DNA of 26,792 nt, taken from Chlamydiia bacterium. Lineage in GTDB: Bacteria > Chlamydiota > Chlamydiia > Chlamydiales > Parachlamydiaceae. Positions 16,539-26,300 of this stretch are shown here, piece after piece (within the stretch, counting starts at the first letter, position 1; each line of letters begins with the position of its first letter). Under the pieces are notes generated by a model. The model did not search any database. It was not told where the DNA came from and saw only the letters and a list, made by a program, of their open reading frames with translations. Position numbers and translations under genes: made by a program. Where the stretch lies: positions 1-26,792 of the forward strand of contig JBBSJT010000020.1 in NCBI GenBank assembly GCA_038257035.1, written 5' to 3'.

Positions 16539-17162
16539 TTAGAAGCGGTAGCCTATTCCAGCTCCAAGTTTCAATCCGCCTGTATTAATACAACGTGTTG
16601 TAGTACAACCATTTGAATGAGGTGATCTAAACCAGTTGCCACTATAGTCAGCAAAAAGATCAAGGAATAAGTTACATGTAATTTGATATTCAAAACCTAA
16701 TTTTCCAAGAAGTGCAAATCCATATTTACTAATATGATTACGTACAAAAGGTGAGCGATCATTAAATTTCACTCGAGCAAATCCAATTCCAAAACCAAGG
16801 TAAGGACGGAAGTCATCAAAGAAACATGGTAAACACCCACTAAAATAGCGTTTAACACCGAAATTAAGTGCCCAATTTGTCATTTTAGTCGAATATTCCT
16901 CACATCCTCTTGAATGACCTTTTTTCTGATAAAAACTAAAATTAGTCCAACCGGCCCAATCATCGTTACATTCACAAAGGCAAGAAAAAGCATTGATTGG
17001 AGTAGAAATCTCTACTTCATATTCAGGAAGTCCCTTTGCATAAATGGAACGGATATTGTGATTTTGAGGCACAAAATAAGCAACGCGCCCTTGAACATCT
17101 AAGCATTCAGCAGTCGTTAGATGACTGAAAAGCAGTATAGCGAAAAGAAAGATTTTATTCAT
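16539..17162 (-). CDS. Cysteine-rich outer-membrane beta-barrel protein, paralogue 1
   Basis: Signal peptide, alternating amphipathic strands ('PYLGFGIGF'), C-terminal beta-signal GAGIGYRF, 10 Cys. Confidence 0.82.
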   Translation of the reverse strand: MNKIFLFAILLFSHLTTAECLDVQGRVAYFVPQNHNIRSIYAKGLPEYEVEISTPINAFSCLCECNDDWAGWTNFSFYQKKGHSRGCEEYSTKMTNWALNFGVKRYFSGCLPCFFDDFRPYLGFGIGFARVKFNDRSPFVRNHISKYGFALLGKLGFEYQITCNLFLDLFADYSGNWFRSPHSNGCTTTRCINTGGLKLGAGIGYRF

Positions 17163-17275
17163 GTTTAGCCTACATTAATTCTACAGTTAAAATAACCCTT
17201 AAAACCTAGTAATTGTAAAGGGACCTTTGAGCACAGTTAGAAAGGATAAAATACAAATTAACCTTCTAAAAAATA

Positions 17276-17304
17276 AATTTATAAATTCAGTAATCTTCTA
17301 TCAA
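17276..17304 (-). promoter_or_regulatory. Putative promoter of OMP paralogue 1
   Basis: TTGATA-N17-TAAATT; equivalent TTGATC-N17-TAAATG at the homologous position upstream of paralogue 2 (18202-18230). Confidence 0.4.
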
Positions 17305-17416
17305 CATATAAACTATCTTAATTCAATTTTTTTGATTTTCTTTTCTTTGACCTTGAGATTAACAACTTAGGAAAAGAAATTTTAAAAATAAAAATATTGT
17401 ACAATGTTTTAACCTA

Positions 17417-17448
17417 TAAGAAGCACCAAACTAATCCGGTGCTTCTTA
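17417..17448 (-). terminator. Hairpin downstream of OMP paralogue 2
   Basis: TAAGAAGCACC-N10-GGTGCTTCTTA 11-bp stem, homologous to the hairpin after paralogue 1; weak U-tract. Confidence 0.55.
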
Positions 17449-17463
17449 AAAAATTTAACAAAT

Positions 17464-18096
17464 CTAGAAGCGGTAACCAAGTCCTGCACCAAGCTTCAAT
17501 CCACCAGTATTTACACAACGATTAGAAAAACAACCTTGTGATGAGTGGTTAGCTTTAAACCAGTTGCCACTATAATCTGCAAAAAAATCGAGGAATAAAT
17601 TACAAGTAACTTGATACTCAAAACCTAATTTTGCAAGAAGTGCAAATCCATATTTACCATTATGGTTATTGTCGGAGCATCCATAACATGAATGATTGTT
17701 AAGTTTTAAGTGAGCAAAGCCGATTCCAAAACCAACGTATGGACGTAAGTTATCAAAAGAACATGGCATGCATCCACTGAAATAACGTTTTACACCAAAG
17801 TTAAGGGCCCAATTTGTTAATTTAGATGAGTATTGTTCGCAAGAATTATTCCCTTTTTTCTGATAGAAACTAAAGTTAGTCCAAGCAGCCCAATCTTCAT
17901 CACAAGTGTTAAGACAAGAAAATGAACTCATTGGTGCAGCGATCTCTACTTCATACTCAGGAAGACCCTTTGCATAAAACGAACGTACATGGTGATTTTG
18001 AGGAATGAAATAAGCAACGCGTCCTTGAACATCTATTGCTTGAGTAGTTGCTAGATTACTAAAAAGCAATATAACAAAAAGAAAAATTTTATTCAT
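17464..18096 (-). CDS. Cysteine-rich outer-membrane beta-barrel protein, paralogue 2
   Basis: Collinear and largely identical to 16539-17162 in the strands; C-terminal GAGLGYRF; 10 Cys. Confidence 0.82.
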   Translation of the reverse strand: MNKIFLFVILLFSNLATTQAIDVQGRVAYFIPQNHHVRSFYAKGLPEYEVEIAAPMSSFSCLNTCDEDWAAWTNFSFYQKKGNNSCEQYSSKLTNWALNFGVKRYFSGCMPCSFDNLRPYVGFGIGFAHLKLNNHSCYGCSDNNHNGKYGFALLAKLGFEYQVTCNLFLDFFADYSGNWFKANHSSQGCFSNRCVNTGGLKLGAGLGYRF

Positions 18097-18392
18097 GTTT
18101 AGCCTACTTAATTGTTGTACAGTTAAAATATGCTCCCAAACCTATGTTGACTTGAGAACAGTTAGAAAGCATAAAAAAACAAACTAACTCTCTAAAAAAT
18201 ACATTTACATATCTGCCTTTTTACGATCAACATAAAATTTTAATTTAATGTATTTTTTTTCATTTTTCATATTTTATAGCCAAACAACTACGTAACATTG
18301 GAACTCTGGTTTATGATTAGAGATTGACCTAAACGATTAAATTTATTAAGCTTATAACCCACTGTCTCTAAAAAAACACAAAAAGGAATTCC

Positions 18393-18839
18393 ATGTTAAA
18401 ATATATTTTATCTTTATTAATAATCTGTTCAGCAAATATTTTTGGCTGTGAAAAATGTGATTCATTCGTAAATGATTTACAAAAAAAATTAAAACTATCA
18501 AAGAGCAGAATTGACTCTTATAAAGAAAAAGATTTCATCGAAGAAAATTTCATAGATCTTATAGATCCCATCTTTGATACCATGAACTACGTAGGCAAGT
18601 CTTATTTTGTCTTAAGCGCACGATTTATTGCATATGCTAAGACTCAAAAAGATCATGAAGCTTTAGTTGAAAATCTTAAAAATGATTTAAAAAATACGAT
18701 TCATAAAAATGCTTTAATACTTACAACGATAAAATCACTTGATCAAATGGAAGATCCCCTTGCAGATTTATATGAAAATTACATGAAATTGATGGGCATA
18801 AATGCCATGGAAGCAATCATTAAAAAAAACCATCCTTAA
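18393..18839 (+). CDS. Hypothetical exported helical protein with N-terminal CxxC
   Basis: Signal-like N-terminus then GCEKC; AAGGA SD; TTGACC-N17-TAAGCT upstream (18324-18352). Confidence 0.65.
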   Translation: MLKYILSLLIICSANIFGCEKCDSFVNDLQKKLKLSKSRIDSYKEKDFIEENFIDLIDPIFDTMNYVGKSYFVLSARFIAYAKTQKDHEALVENLKNDLKNTIHKNALILTTIKSLDQMEDPLADLYENYMKLMGINAMEAIIKKNHP

Positions 18840-18854
18840 CAAATTATTATCCAT

Positions 18855-18883
18855 TTGACGATATAGTTATTATGAGTTAATAT
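18855..18883 (+). promoter_or_regulatory. Putative sigma66/70 promoter for GNAT/Bro-N pair
   Basis: TTGACG-N17-TAATAT. Confidence 0.45.
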
Positions 18884-18913
18884 CCTATTTAATTTGACAC
18901 CTAAAGGATTAAA

Positions 18914-19654
18914 ATGAATAACTTACAATCGCTCAAATGGATTGACTATGCAAATGAAACTTCGACTCATCAAAATAGTTTTAATTTAAATGATGATAAG
19001 GGAAATTCTTTCATTTTAGAATGGATGAAGGGTAATATTCTTTCAGCCGAACTTGCCCTTTTCAAAAAAGAGCTTGTAGAATTTGCAATTACAGAACTTA
19101 CTTTAAGCGAACTTACATTTTTAAAAGCAAATCCAGAATCTGCCTCAAACGAAGTTTTTCTAATGTCAAGTCTTCCTCAACTAGCAAATGGCACTACAAT
19201 GGCCGATTGGGATGCAATCTCTGATGCAATCAAGACTTCCATCACTCAATTTTATAGTACAGATCTTTCAGTTTATGGTGAAGCCCTTAAACCTCTCTTG
19301 AATGACGTTCATTTCTTCGCTAAAATTAAATCCAACAATGGTGAAGCTCAAGGCTTTATTATATTTACAGTTACACCTTCCTTGCCTTTTGGCGACGTAA
19401 AAGTAATTAACTTTTTTGTTAAACCCAATCTAAATTTAGAAAAAATGTTAATGAGCCTTGTCACAAAAATTCTACCTTTAACAAAACGCATATTTCTTTT
19501 TGTCCGTCCAACCAATGATTCAGCGATAAAAATGTACACATCTCTTGGCTTTAAAAAAGATGATAATCCTTTCGAAGATCCTAACCACAAAACCAATAAC
19601 AACTACATTTGCCTCGAATATCTATTAGAAGCATCCTCCAATAATAAAAAGTAA
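18914..19654 (+). CDS. GNAT-family N-acetyltransferase-like protein
   Basis: C-terminal 'IFLFVRPTNDSAIKMYTSLGF' (GNAT motif B); acetyl-CoA-binding motif A appears degenerate; AAGGA SD. Confidence 0.65.
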   Translation: MNNLQSLKWIDYANETSTHQNSFNLNDDKGNSFILEWMKGNILSAELALFKKELVEFAITELTLSELTFLKANPESASNEVFLMSSLPQLANGTTMADWDAISDAIKTSITQFYSTDLSVYGEALKPLLNDVHFFAKIKSNNGEAQGFIIFTVTPSLPFGDVKVINFFVKPNLNLEKMLMSLVTKILPLTKRIFLFVRPTNDSAIKMYTSLGFKKDDNPFEDPNHKTNNNYICLEYLLEASSNNKK

Positions 19655-19663
19655 AGGAGATAT

Positions 19664-20530
19664 ATGACAAAAGAAATCGATACCAATCAACATATGATTG
19701 TTTTTAAAAATAAAAATATCCGACGTGTCTTTCACAATAATCAGTGGTGGTTTGCTGTTAAAGATATAGTTGAAGCTTTGGTAGATACATCAAATTCTAC
19801 TGACTATATAAAAAAAATGAGAACAAGGGATTCTGCACTTTCTGAAGGGTGGGGACAAATTGTCACCCCCCTTTCTATTGAAACACCCGGCGGTATGCAA
19901 AATTTGAATTGTGCCAACACAGAAGGGATCTTTCGAATTATTCAGTCAATTCCTTCTCCAAAAGCTGAACCCTTTAAAAAATGGTTAGCTAAAGTGGGTT
20001 ATGATCGCATCCAAGAAATTGAAGATCCCGAGCTTGCTTCTAAGAGAATAAGGGCAACTTATCAGGCAAAAGGATATCCTGATGATTGGATAGAGAAAAG
20101 GATGCGTGGAATTGCAATCCGAGAAACACTAACGAATGAGTGGGGCCATAGAGGAATCAATGAACAACGAGAATATGCTATTCTAACTGCAGAAATATCA
20201 GAGGCTACTTTTGGACTGAAACCATCCGAGCATAAAAAATTAAAAAGCCTCAAAAGGGAAAATCTTCGTGATCATATGACTGATTTGGAATTAATATTCA
20301 CAATGCTAGGTGAAGCATCTACCACAGAAATCACCATTCAAAAAGATGCCCAAGGTTTTCAAGAAAATAAAGAGGCTGCCCAGTCAGGTGGAAAGATTGC
20401 AGGAAATGCAAGAAAAGAACTTGAAACAAAAAGTGGCAGACACATTGTTAGTCCTTCAAACTTCCTTTCACATCAACTAGATTTGGATACCTCAACAATA
20501 AAATCTGTAGAATTGAAAAACAATGAATAA
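19664..20530 (+). CDS. Bro-N domain protein (antirepressor-like)
   Basis: 'IRRV...WWFAVKDIV', 'RIIQSIPSPKAEPFKKWLA', 'ENLRDHMTDLELIF', 'GGKIAGNARKELE'; AAGGAG SD. Confidence 0.85.
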   Translation: MTKEIDTNQHMIVFKNKNIRRVFHNNQWWFAVKDIVEALVDTSNSTDYIKKMRTRDSALSEGWGQIVTPLSIETPGGMQNLNCANTEGIFRIIQSIPSPKAEPFKKWLAKVGYDRIQEIEDPELASKRIRATYQAKGYPDDWIEKRMRGIAIRETLTNEWGHRGINEQREYAILTAEISEATFGLKPSEHKKLKSLKRENLRDHMTDLELIFTMLGEASTTEITIQKDAQGFQENKEAAQSGGKIAGNARKELETKSGRHIVSPSNFLSHQLDLDTSTIKSVELKNNE

Positions 20531-20711
20531 TACCAAAACCTGAAATGAACTTTCTATTGCCTTTATGATTTTTTCAGAATCTTAACGTTCATTATATTAA
20601 ACACTAAGTGACTTAACATTCATTATGCTGCTCATTAAATATTTATGGGATTATATCTTTTAAGATATATCATCGAAGAGATACTCATTGGGAATTAAAT
20701 TTTGCTTTTGA

Positions 20712-21207
20712 CTAAGGAGCGGATTTTCTCAAAAAAGGTTCTTTAATTTTTCTATAGCGCTCACCCTCATGATTTGCTTCAAAAGCTGCCTGACGTTTTA
20801 ATTCTTCATATTCCTTAAGCTCTTTTGGATGAATTCTCAAATAGTCTCTGAATTCTAAAAATTCTTTCCATTCACTATTTTCAGGAGGTCAAATGAATGT
20901 GATATCTTCTAGCTTCTTCCTCTGAATCTGATTGATAGATAATAAAATAAAGCCTGTCTTGGGTGCTAAAAGTTGGCCTGTATTCATAACCTAAATCTTG
21001 AAGTTGCTTTGATAAGAAATCTATGTCCTTTTTATTGACTGCTATAGCTATATCAATTATTCCTTTTCCTCCTAAATTCGCAATTGCGGTACTTCCTACA
21101 TGTTCAATTATGAGTAGCCCTTTGATATAAGCTAAAATTCTTTCTTTTTCCTTCTCAAAAAGCTCAGGGAAAATTTTACTATAAGGTTTAAAAACGTATT
21201 TTTTCAT
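20712..21207 (-). pseudogene. GrpB-family (nucleotidyltransferase-fold) protein, frameshifted
   Basis: Frame 1 gives 'EHVGSTA', 'KGIIDI', 'HIHLT' then TGA at 20883-20881; the +1 frame from 20885 continues PENSEWKEFLEFRDYLRIHP...YEELK...YRKIKEPFL to TAG at 20714-20712. Confidence 0.85.
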
Positions 21208-21242
21208 AGAGTAGCTGTTCAGCTTTGCGGTGGTTTGAGGGC

Positions 21243-21284
21243 AAAAAAAAACCCGCCCTTTGCTTTACAGCAAAGGACGGGTTT
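21243..21284 (-). terminator. Intrinsic terminator of rpsB-tsf
   Basis: Minus strand CCCGTCCTTTGCT-GTAA-AGCAAAGGGCGGG followed by T9. Confidence 0.9.
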
Positions 21285-21303
21285 ACAAACAAAAAAGGAT
21301 AGG

Positions 21304-22155
21304 CTATTGACCTACAACCCATCTGATGAATTGGACAAGTTTTAAAGGCTTGCCTTCTTGTTTACCATGTTGGTCAACAAGTTCTGTAATCGTCATACGA
21401 TCATCTTTAATATACTTTTGATTGACTAAGCATACTTGATCATAAAAAGCCTTTAATTTGCCTTCTATAATTTTTTCAAGCATGTTCTCTGGTTTTCCTG
21501 CCATTTGGCCTGCTGCGACATCTTTTTCACCGGCAATAATGCTTTCCGGTACTTTGTCAGCAGAAAGATAATCAGGAGAAGCAGCTGCAATATGCATAGC
21601 GATATCTTTTGCCAAAGCTACTTGGTTATTGCTTCCTTCGATTACAGCAAGAGTTACAATTTTACCACCAAGGTGGGAATATGTTCCAATTGATTGATCA
21701 GCAGTTTTAGGAAGAACTAAGAAGCGTCTGATTTGAATATTTTCGCCAATCGCTTGAATGACTGTTGCACGAAGTTGGTCAATTGTTAAAGAAGGATCTT
21801 TAGATGATTTTTGATTTAAAAAATCTTCTAATGATGCCGGATTTGTCAACGCCATTTCTTCAACAACATCTTTCATGAACGCTTGAAAACGATCGTTTTT
21901 AGCAACAAAATCTGTTTCAGCATTAATTTCTGCAATAGCAACGCGATCATTGTTTTCAAAAACAGCAATCATGCCTTCGTTAGCACTGCGCCCTTCTTTT
22001 TTCACAGCAGATGCAATACCGGCCTTGCGAAGATTTGCAATTGCAAGGTCCATATCGCCTTTTGCTTCCTCAAGAGCTTCTTTGCACTTACCAATGCCAA
22101 CGCCAGTACGCTCGCGCAATTCTTTAATCATGTTTGGTGTCACTGTCGATGTCAT
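21304..22155 (-). CDS. tsf: Elongation factor Ts
   Basis: 'IKELRERTG', 'CKEAL', 'ETDFVAKN', 'AMHIAA', 'IIEGKL'. Confidence 0.98.
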   Translation of the reverse strand: MTSTVTPNMIKELRERTGVGIGKCKEALEEAKGDMDLAIANLRKAGIASAVKKEGRSANEGMIAVFENNDRVAIAEINAETDFVAKNDRFQAFMKDVVEEMALTNPASLEDFLNQKSSKDPSLTIDQLRATVIQAIGENIQIRRFLVLPKTADQSIGTYSHLGGKIVTLAVIEGSNNQVALAKDIAMHIAAASPDYLSADKVPESIIAGEKDVAAGQMAGKPENMLEKIIEGKLKAFYDQVCLVNQKYIKDDRMTITELVDQHGKQEGKPLKLVQFIRWVVGQ

Positions 22156-22158
22156 AGC

Positions 22159-22995
22159 TTAGTCCTTTTTCGTCATTTCAATTTCATCTTGCTCTACACG
22201 TAAACGGATGCCTTCTTCTTCATCATCTAGTTCATCACCCTCATCTCCTTTATCAAAGGAAACTCTCATTTCGTTTTTCTTATCAACAATTGCTTGCGCA
22301 AGTGTTTGTAAGATCAACTTAATGCTTTTTAGAGCATCGTCATTACAAGCGATAACGTGTTGGATAGGATCCGGATCGCAATTTGTATCGACAAGGCCCA
22401 TTACAGGAATACCAAGTTTGTTAGCTTCAGAAACAGCCAAATGCTCACGGCTAGGATCGACAACAATAACAAGACCCGGAGGCTTGCGCATTGTACGGAT
22501 ACCTGAAAGTGTTTTATCTAGTTTGACTTGATCTTTTGTCAATAAAGACAATTCTTTTTTAGTCAAATGTTGAGATTGTGTTGAAATGCGTTTTTCAACA
22601 GATTCTAATTTTTTAACAGATTGACGAATCGTGCTTAGGTTAGTTAACATTCCGCCAAGCCAGCGCTCGCAGACATAAAACTCATCGCATAATTCTGCAA
22701 GTTCACGAACAACAATTTTAGCCTGTTTTTTAGTTCCAACAAAAAGAATTGTCTTGTGCTGTGCGACAACTTTTTGTATGACTTCTACGGCTGCTCTAAC
22801 TTGTTGAAGAGTTTTTGCAAGGTCAATGATGTAAATTCCGTTACGAGCTTCAAAAATGAATCTTTTCATTTTTGGATTCCAACGGCGTGTTTGGTGCCCA
22901 AAATGAGCTCCGGCCTCTAGTAATTCTTTAATTGTTAGAGGTTGGTGTGAAGGTTGATGTGCCAAGCCTTGTCCCTTTATGTTGACGATCGGCAT
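22159..22995 (-). CDS. rpsB: 30S ribosomal protein S2
   Basis: 'LLEAGAHFGHQ..RWNPKM', 'RWLGGMLTN', 'DTNCDP', 'NDDA'; alternative TTG start at 22965 with AGGGA SD is plausible. Confidence 0.98.
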   Translation of the reverse strand: MPIVNIKGQGLAHQPSHQPLTIKELLEAGAHFGHQTRRWNPKMKRFIFEARNGIYIIDLAKTLQQVRAAVEVIQKVVAQHKTILFVGTKKQAKIVVRELAELCDEFYVCERWLGGMLTNLSTIRQSVKKLESVEKRISTQSQHLTKKELSLLTKDQVKLDKTLSGIRTMRKPPGLVIVVDPSREHLAVSEANKLGIPVMGLVDTNCDPDPIQHVIACNDDALKSIKLILQTLAQAIVDKKNEMRVSFDKGDEGDELDDEEEGIRLRVEQDEIEMTKKD

Positions 22996-23095
22996 TTAAT
23001 CCTATAGATTAAATTCAGTCTTGGTTAATAATATTTATACTTAAACAAAAATAAAACAAACAGATTTAGATTGATTAAGTATTTAGACAAAAAAA

Positions 23096-23166
23096 AGCGC
23101 CTGGTCAGAATCGAACTGACGCTAGTAGCTTGGAAGGCTACAGTTCTACCACTGAACTACAGGCGC
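23096..23166 (-). tRNA. tRNA-Gly (TCC)
   Basis: GCGCCTGTAGTTCAGTGGTAGAACTGTAGCCTTCCAAGCTACTAGCGTCAGTTCGATTCTGACCAGGCGCT: cloverleaf, anticodon TCC, U73 discriminator, CCA not encoded. Confidence 0.95.
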
Positions 23167-23308
23167 ATATTGATAACGATTGTTATAAGTGACTATTATG
23201 TCAATTCTCCACTTTTTTTTGCAAACGTTTTTTTCATTATTTTTATTTTTCTTGAATTTTACTCTTCCGGCAACATAAACTAGGCTTTTACACTAATCCT
23301 AAAACAAC

Positions 23309-26300
23309 ATGCCGAAGAATCGCACAAAAAGTTATAGAACCAGCACCGGCAGTCCCAACATTCCCGAAAAAGCCAATAGGATTCTCAACATCCTACTCCT
23401 TTCATTAATACTTATTCTTTTTAGAATTTGGTATCTTTCTGTCATTCAATACGATCAAAACTTAGAAGATTCAAGAAAACCCCAGACTAAAACTGTCATG
23501 GAACCGGCAAGAAGAGGAACAATTCGAGATCGCTTTAACATCCCTCTTGCTATTAATAAAATTCAATATCAGGCAGGGGTGGTTTACTCTGAACTTTTAC
23601 AAATTCCTGCCATCGCCTGGGAAAAAAATGGCAGCGATAAACCAATAAAACGCTACAAGCGAAAAGAATACATCAAAAAAATGTCCGATCTTTTGGCAGA
23701 AGAGCTTAATCTTGATCCCTTAAGAATCGAAGATTTGATCTACGGAAAAGCCTCATTCTACCATCAATTTCCCTATGTAATTAAAGACGAAATTTCAGAA
23801 AAATGTTATTACCGTTTAAAAATGATGCAAAAAGATTGGCCGGGAATTCATGTTCAATGTGTTCCAAAACGAGATTACCCCAAAAATCAAGTGGCGGGCG
23901 ATATCATTGGTTTCATGGGAGCCATCAACAAACCCGAATATGAAAAGATCATGCAGGAGATTAAAAATTTAAAAAATTTCTTAAATGATCCTGAAAAAGA
24001 TGATCACCCCGATTTACCCTTAGGGATTGCAAGTATTGATTCTGCCATGCAACGTTTAAAAGAGCTTGAAGCAAATGCTTACACCATTAATGATTATGTC
24101 GGAAAAATAGGCATAGAAGGCTCTTTTGAAGATAGCTTAAGGGGATATCAGGGAAGAAAAAGTTTTTATTCTGATTCCCGAGGAAATTTTCTTCGCGAGC
24201 TGCCGGGAAAAACAAAACCACTTTCCGGCCAGCGCATTTTATTAACCATATCATCTGAACTTCAAGAATTTGCAGAAGAGCTTTTAGCTAAAAATGAGCG
24301 CATCAGGCAGGCGCATTTATCGAGTAAAACAAAGCAAACACTTCTTTCGCTAAGACAACCCTGGATAAAAGGGGGTGCCATTGTTGCAATGGATCCAAAC
24401 AATGGGGAAGTCATCGCCCTTGCCTCTTATCCAAGATTTAACCCAAACGATTTTATCACATCTCAAGACCCCGATATAAATAGAAAAAAACGCTCTCACA
24501 TCAATCGCTGGTTTGAAAGCGATTCTTATCTTGGTGAAATTTGGGATCAAAAAAGAACACTGGAAAGAGAACGTTTTGATGATCAAAAATCAGAATTTTT
24601 CGAAGATGAACGCTTGATGGATCTCAATACTTATCTTGATTTTATCCTTCCAAAAACAAATGAAGTCCATAGCCAACTTCTTAGAATGGAAAACTTAGAA
24701 AGTGCGGTTTTTTTACAAAAAAATGTAGAAAAACTTCTTGATTTGACTAACGAAGCCAACGCATATTATGCAATCAATGCTCTGTATCCGGATGCTCCCC
24801 ATGTCCAACATAAAAAAACGATAAGCGAAGAGATCAAACTTGCCTTAGAAAAGAACCTAGAAAAAAATAGCACTGAAATCAACGAAATCAAAAAAAAAGT
24901 TGATAACACCTTCTTGGAGATACCCAATAATTATGACAAAATTCTTCTGGTTGATTTATGCAGGGTCTTAGTGCCGGCTCATCTTTTTACTGATGAACTT
25001 CTTACTGAAATTAGGCAGTTAAGCTTATCTTCATACCGCAATGCCTCAGCCTCTATGATTACAGTTGTTGATGTAGTAAGAAATATGAGCCGTGAGCTTT
25101 TTCATGAATTAAGTTTTGTTGAATGGAGAAAATTAAATGAAAAGTCTTTTTTAAAAGAGAAAAGAATAGCCGAAAAACAAGCAAAACAATACCAAAAATC
25201 CTACATTGATTACTTAGACACCCAAGAAAGAGAGATGTTTAAAACTTTTTGGCAAGAAAATCACTTAATGCTCATTTCCTTATTTTTAACAGGCCATCAA
25301 AATAATCATTTTAAAGAAGATCTAAATCCTTATATTGAACATTTTAAAAATTGGTATAAAGAGCTTGAAAATGGCGCTCATGCTTCTCTCTTCTGGAAAG
25401 GAGCATATGATACTTTAAAAGATTCTGTTAAAAGCCTAAAAAATGAAACGGTTCCTCTTTTTCTAACAACATTACGCAGTTTTCATGATCTAAACAGACC
25501 TTTACTTGGTTCATACCGCTATTTAAGAAGAAATCAAAATGGTGAGCAAATTGAAAAGCATTTAGCAGCAGCGTTTTATCCAAAAAATGGTTTTGGATAT
25601 GGAAGGTCACAAAGTTTTCGACAAGCTGCAACCCAAGGTTCAATTTTCAAGTTGGTAACTGCCTACGAAACGCTCGTTCAAAAATATCAAAAACTTGATA
25701 AAGAAAATCCCACATTTAAAGAATTAAACCCACTTGAAATTGTAGATGCCACCCATCGTCATGGAAATGACATTTCTTTAGGTTTTTTTCAAGATGGAAC
25801 ACCTATTCCAAGAAGTTATAAAGGTGGAAGACTTCTTAAAAGCTCAAGAGCCGGAGTTGGCAGAATAGATCTCGTACGGGCAATAGAAACTTCTAGCAAT
25901 CCCTACTTTTCACTCCTTGCAGGAGATCTTCTAAATTCACCTGACGATCTTTTAAAAGCAGCAAAGCTATTTTCATTTGGCAGCAAAACAGGAATTGATC
26001 TAATAGCCGAGCTTTCAGGCAAACTTCCAACTGATTTGAATAACAATCGAACAGGATTATATGCCACAGCAATCGGCCAGCACACGCTAGTTGTAACGCC
26101 ACTTCAAACAGCGGTATTTATCTCTGCGATTGCAAATGGCGGCAAAATTTTTAAACCGAATATTGTAAAAATGAAAGTTGCAAACGATTTAATGAATAAT
26201 CATAATAGAATCGAAGAAATTAGCCCTAAAATTCAACGCTTCTGTTTTATGCCGGATGTCGTTCGTGGTTTATTGTTGGAGGGGATGCGGCTTGTCGTTG

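Noticed and set aside
18393..18460. Lipoprotein call for the 148-aa protein
   Set aside because: IFGC is a poor lipobox match; the Cys is equally explained as part of a CxxC
15470..21207. tRNA-anchored integrative island or prophage
   Set aside because: The block lies on the 5' side of the tRNA, no duplicated tRNA 3' end was seen, no integrase or phage structural genes; a lone Bro-N gene is insufficient
21505..22531. Short antisense or nested ORFs over tsf/rpsB (and similar 60-107 aa shadow ORFs elsewhere)
   Set aside because: Fully overlap well-supported genes and show no motifs or translation signals
23071..23283. 70-aa plus-strand ORF
   Set aside because: Antisense to tRNA-Gly, no SD, no recognisable motif
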